Positions 61,252-64,000 of a stretch of 64,000 nt of DNA are shown here, one piece after another. How positions within the stretch are numbered: position 1 is the first letter of the stretch; each line of letters starts with the position of its first letter. The notes beneath the pieces were generated by a model, which searched no databases, was not told the origin of the DNA, and worked only from the letters and a program-made list of their open reading frames with translations. Source of the stretch: a candidate division WOR-3 bacterium (GTDB lineage Bacteria > Hydrothermota > Tepidihabitantia > SM23-42 > JAOAFX01); contig JBDRWI010000002.1 of NCBI GenBank assembly GCA_039802265.1, forward strand, positions 1 through 64,000. The letters run 5' to 3'. Made by a program: the position numbers and the translations under genes.

Positions 61252-62038
61252 AGAACTGAACATCACCCAAAACGAAGCGGAACTCATTCTCTCAACCATT
61301 CTCGAAAGACCAAGGTTTGAAATATATCTTACCGGAGGACTGGATGAGAATCAGAAAAAAATTCTCAGATTGAGACTGACCCAGTTGAAAAATGGGGTAC
61401 CGATTGAATATATCACCAAAAAGGTTCAGTTTCTTTCGTACCGGCTTGCGGTCTACCCGGGTGTTTTTATCCCCAGACTGGAGACTGAATATTTTGTTGA
61501 ACTTATTTTTAAATTAATCAATTGTCCGGTAGAAAGAATCCTGGAAATTGGAACAGGCTGCGGTGCAATTGCAATAGCCCTTGCTGACTTCTTCACCAAA
61601 GCAATGGTCTTTGCTACTGATATATCCTATCTTGCGCTGAAAAATGCCCGGGAAAATATTACACTTTTTAATCTCACTAACCGAATCCATCTTCTCGGTG
61701 CCGACCTCTTTGCACCAATCAAAGGTAATTTTGACCTGATTGTCTCCAATCCTCCTTATGTTCCCTGCGAGCGCTTCAATCTCCTGCCTAAAAGTGTTCG
61801 GGAATTTGAACCCAGGAAGGCGATTGATGGTGGCAATAAGGGTGTCCAGATAATCAAAAGGATAATTGACTACAGCAGTGAGTTTATTAATGAGGATGGG
61901 CTTGTTGCCCTTGAGATTGAGGAGGAACAGGTCCCATACTTAACCACCTACATTAAGGAGAAAGGACTTACTTTTATCTTCAAAAAGGACCTTTTTGACC
62001 GGTATCGTTATCTATTCATTGGCAATTCTGTTTTATAG
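61223..62038 (+). CDS. prmC: Release factor glutamine methyltransferase
   Basis: [21 protein letters not shown]. Confidence 0.93.
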   Translation: MRETVREICEELNITQNEAELILSTILERPRFEIYLTGGLDENQKKILRLRLTQLKNGVPIEYITKKVQFLSYRLAVYPGVFIPRLETEYFVELIFKLINCPVERILEIGTGCGAIAIALADFFTKAMVFATDISYLALKNARENITLFNLTNRIHLLGADLFAPIKGNFDLIVSNPPYVPCERFNLLPKSVREFEPRKAIDGGNKGVQIIKRIIDYSSEFINEDGLVALEIEEEQVPYLTTYIKEKGLTFIFKKDLFDRYRYLFIGNSVL

Positions 62039-62043
62039 ACCTA

Positions 62044-62826
62044 ATGGAAAAAGTCAAAGTCGTAATCAATAGAAAGAAAGAGGAATCAAGAAAACATTTA
62101 AGATTACTACAAAAGGTTCTGAAAGAGAAACATTTCAAAATCTCTGCAAATCCTGACTTTGTGATTGCACTTGGAGGTGATGGAACCCTGCTTGCAGCAG
62201 CATTCCTTTATGGCAGAAAGGGAATTCCTATCCTGGGTGTAAACTCTGGTGGTTTGGGGTTTCTTACCGATGTCCAATTTTCTCAGGTTGATCGCGCTCT
62301 GGATATGATTAAAAATGGGAAATATTACATAGAAAAGAGAATGGTAATTGAAGCACATTATGGCAGAATTAAACTTTACGCCCTTAATGACCTCACAATC
62401 TGCACGCACATTCCCGGAAGGGTAGTTGAATTTTCCGCAAGCATAGATGGCGAATACCTATGCCGTTTTGTTGCGGATGGAATTATCGTTGCCACGCCCA
62501 CTGGTTCAACTGCCTATTCACTGGCTACCGGTGGACCGATATTGCTCCCTACCACCGAGGCTTTCGTGCTTACCCCGATTTCACCCCACACCCTTTCTGT
62601 TCGGCCAATGGTTTTACCCAAGGAGGCGAAAATTGAGATACAGACGGGAAAGAAGGGCAGGGGAATCCTTGTTGCTGATGGTCAGCGGAGCAGATTAATT
62701 AAAAAAAGTGGCAGGATTTTATTCAAAAAGGCAAGCCATTATGTCCATCTTATAAAACCGAGGGGTACAACATTTTTCAATACACTGCGTGAGAAGATGA
62801 AATGGGGTGGCAGGGAAGATGCTTAA
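62044..62826 (+). CDS. nadK: NAD kinase
   Basis: LGGDGT, LGFL, ALND, DGIIVATPTGSTAYSLATGGP. Confidence 0.95.
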   Translation: MEKVKVVINRKKEESRKHLRLLQKVLKEKHFKISANPDFVIALGGDGTLLAAAFLYGRKGIPILGVNSGGLGFLTDVQFSQVDRALDMIKNGKYYIEKRMVIEAHYGRIKLYALNDLTICTHIPGRVVEFSASIDGEYLCRFVADGIIVATPTGSTAYSLATGGPILLPTTEAFVLTPISPHTLSVRPMVLPKEAKIEIQTGKKGRGILVADGQRSRLIKKSGRILFKKASHYVHLIKPRGTTFFNTLREKMKWGGREDA

Positions 62827-64000
62827 GTTTTTAAGCGTTAAAAATTTTGCTTTAATGGATGAACTGTCCCTTGATTTTGATAACGGTCTCACAATTATTA
62901 CTGGCGAGACCGGTGCGGGCAAGTCTATGATTGTAGAGGCAATAGGGGCACTGTGTGGTGAAAAGATTGATGACATTGCAATCAGAAGCGGGAAGGATTT
63001 TGCTGAGATCGCCGGAGTATTCCAGCCATCAGATGAACTTATCACGATTCTAAGAAATTCGGGTATAGAGTTAGGGGACGAACTGATTATTAAAAGAAAA
63101 ATACAACGGGGGAAAAAGCAGGTTTCTTACATCAATGACCAGATTGTGAGTATAAATCTTTTAAAAGACATAACCCGAAATTTGATTGACCTGGTGGGTC
63201 AGCATGAGAATCAGTCTTTATTTAATCCAGCAAATCACCTTGAATTGCTTGACCGGTTTGCGGGAATTGAGAAATTAAAGAGTGAATATAGAAAAAATTT
63301 TTTAGAGTATATAAATTTAAAAAAGCGGTATGAAGAATTGCAGAATAACCTTAAAGAGAAAAGTGAGCGGATAGAATTTATTAAATATGAAATTGATGAA
63401 ATCACCCGGGCAGAATTGAAAATAGGTGAAGAAGAGGAATTGAATATGCAGAAAAATTTACTCTCAACAAAAGAGAAACGGCTTGCGCTGGTAAATCAGA
63501 TTATATTTTTATTGTATGAATCAGAAACCGGTGTTTATGGCAACTTATCCAGGGTAGATAGGCTTTTTGGTGAACTTATCCAACTTGACCCAACACTGAA
63601 TAACCTTGCCGCTGATGTTGAATCTGCCACTGAACGTATTGGCGAAATCTACCGGCAGATGATAGATTATCGTGAAGGAATCAATTTCAGCGAAGAGAAG
63701 ATGGAGGAGATTCTTACCCGGCTTGATTTAATAAACCGTCTTAAAAAAAAGTACAAGAGGGATGTCGGGGGGATTATCAATTATCTGCAACAGATAAAAG
63801 ATGAATTGGCGCAGAGTACAGTTAGTGAAGACCAACTGAAACAAATCAGGGAACAGATTACCCAATCTGAAACAAAGGTTCAGAGACAGGCCGAAGAACT
63901 TTCATCAAAAAGGAAAAGTGGCGCCCAAAAAATGACAAAGGAGATTTTACAGGTGCTTAAGAGATTAGGTATGGAGAAGGCAAAGTTTGAAGTAAGATTT
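62819..64000 (+). CDS. recN: DNA repair protein RecN, 3'-truncated (absent from the ORF track)
   Basis: ATG 62819: MLKFLSVKNFALMDELSLDFDNGLTIITGETGAGKSM.., GQHE, LLDRFAG; follows nadK. Confidence 0.92.
   Translation, partial: MLKFLSVKNFALMDELSLDFDNGLTIITGETGAGKSMIVEAIGALCGEKIDDIAIRSGKDFAEIAGVFQPSDELITILRNSGIELGDELIIKRKIQRGKKQVSYINDQIVSINLLKDITRNLIDLVGQHENQSLFNPANHLELLDRFAGIEKLKSEYRKNFLEYINLKKRYEELQNNLKEKSERIEFIKYEIDEITRAELKIGEEEELNMQKNLLSTKEKRLALVNQIIFLLYESETGVYGNLSRVDRLFGELIQLDPTLNNLAADVESATERIGEIYRQMIDYREGINFSEEKMEEILTRLDLINRLKKKYKRDVGGIINYLQQIKDELAQSTVSEDQLKQIREQITQSETKVQRQAEELSSKRKSGAQKMTKEILQVLKRLGMEKAKFEVRF

Noticed and set aside
1..64000. CRISPR array, rRNA, prophage or defence island
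   Set aside because: No spaced direct repeats, rRNA-like tracts, phage structural genes or recognisable defence genes were seen.

Overview
AT-rich, gene-dense bacterial chromosomal segment from a diderm organism (LolCDE, lipoproteins, a beta-barrel, GWxTD proteins, several secreted proteins ending in a T9SS-type-A/FlgD-like C-terminal domain). That gene content suggests an FCB-group candidate lineage such as WOR-3, but the taxonomy is inference only. Most of the window is housekeeping: dapF, xerC, lysS, lolCD, mcsA/mcsB, glyA, pdxB, hom, glmS, nfi, proS-rimP-nusA-infB-rbfA-nrnA-ribF, rocD, prfA-prmC-nadK-recN and four tRNAs. No CRISPR array, rRNA, prophage or intact IS was seen. The best new signal is at 7579-9507, where two 'separate' ORFs are one frame broken by a single TGA in a Gly-Cys-TGA context. 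The TGA is followed by a GC-rich hairpin with the E. coli fdhF SECIS loop sequence AGGUCU, making this a candidate secreted Cys-Sec selenoprotein. Other highlights: an uncharacterised four-gene membrane module upstream of rocD, a zinc-ribbon insertion in class II LysRS, pervasive leaderless genes behind 16-bp-spacer promoters, a GGDEF-HEAT fusion in the xerC operon, an Ig-fused Na/Pi transporter, a sigma54-type promoter, a divergent GalT, short-period repeat elements and a transposase remnant.
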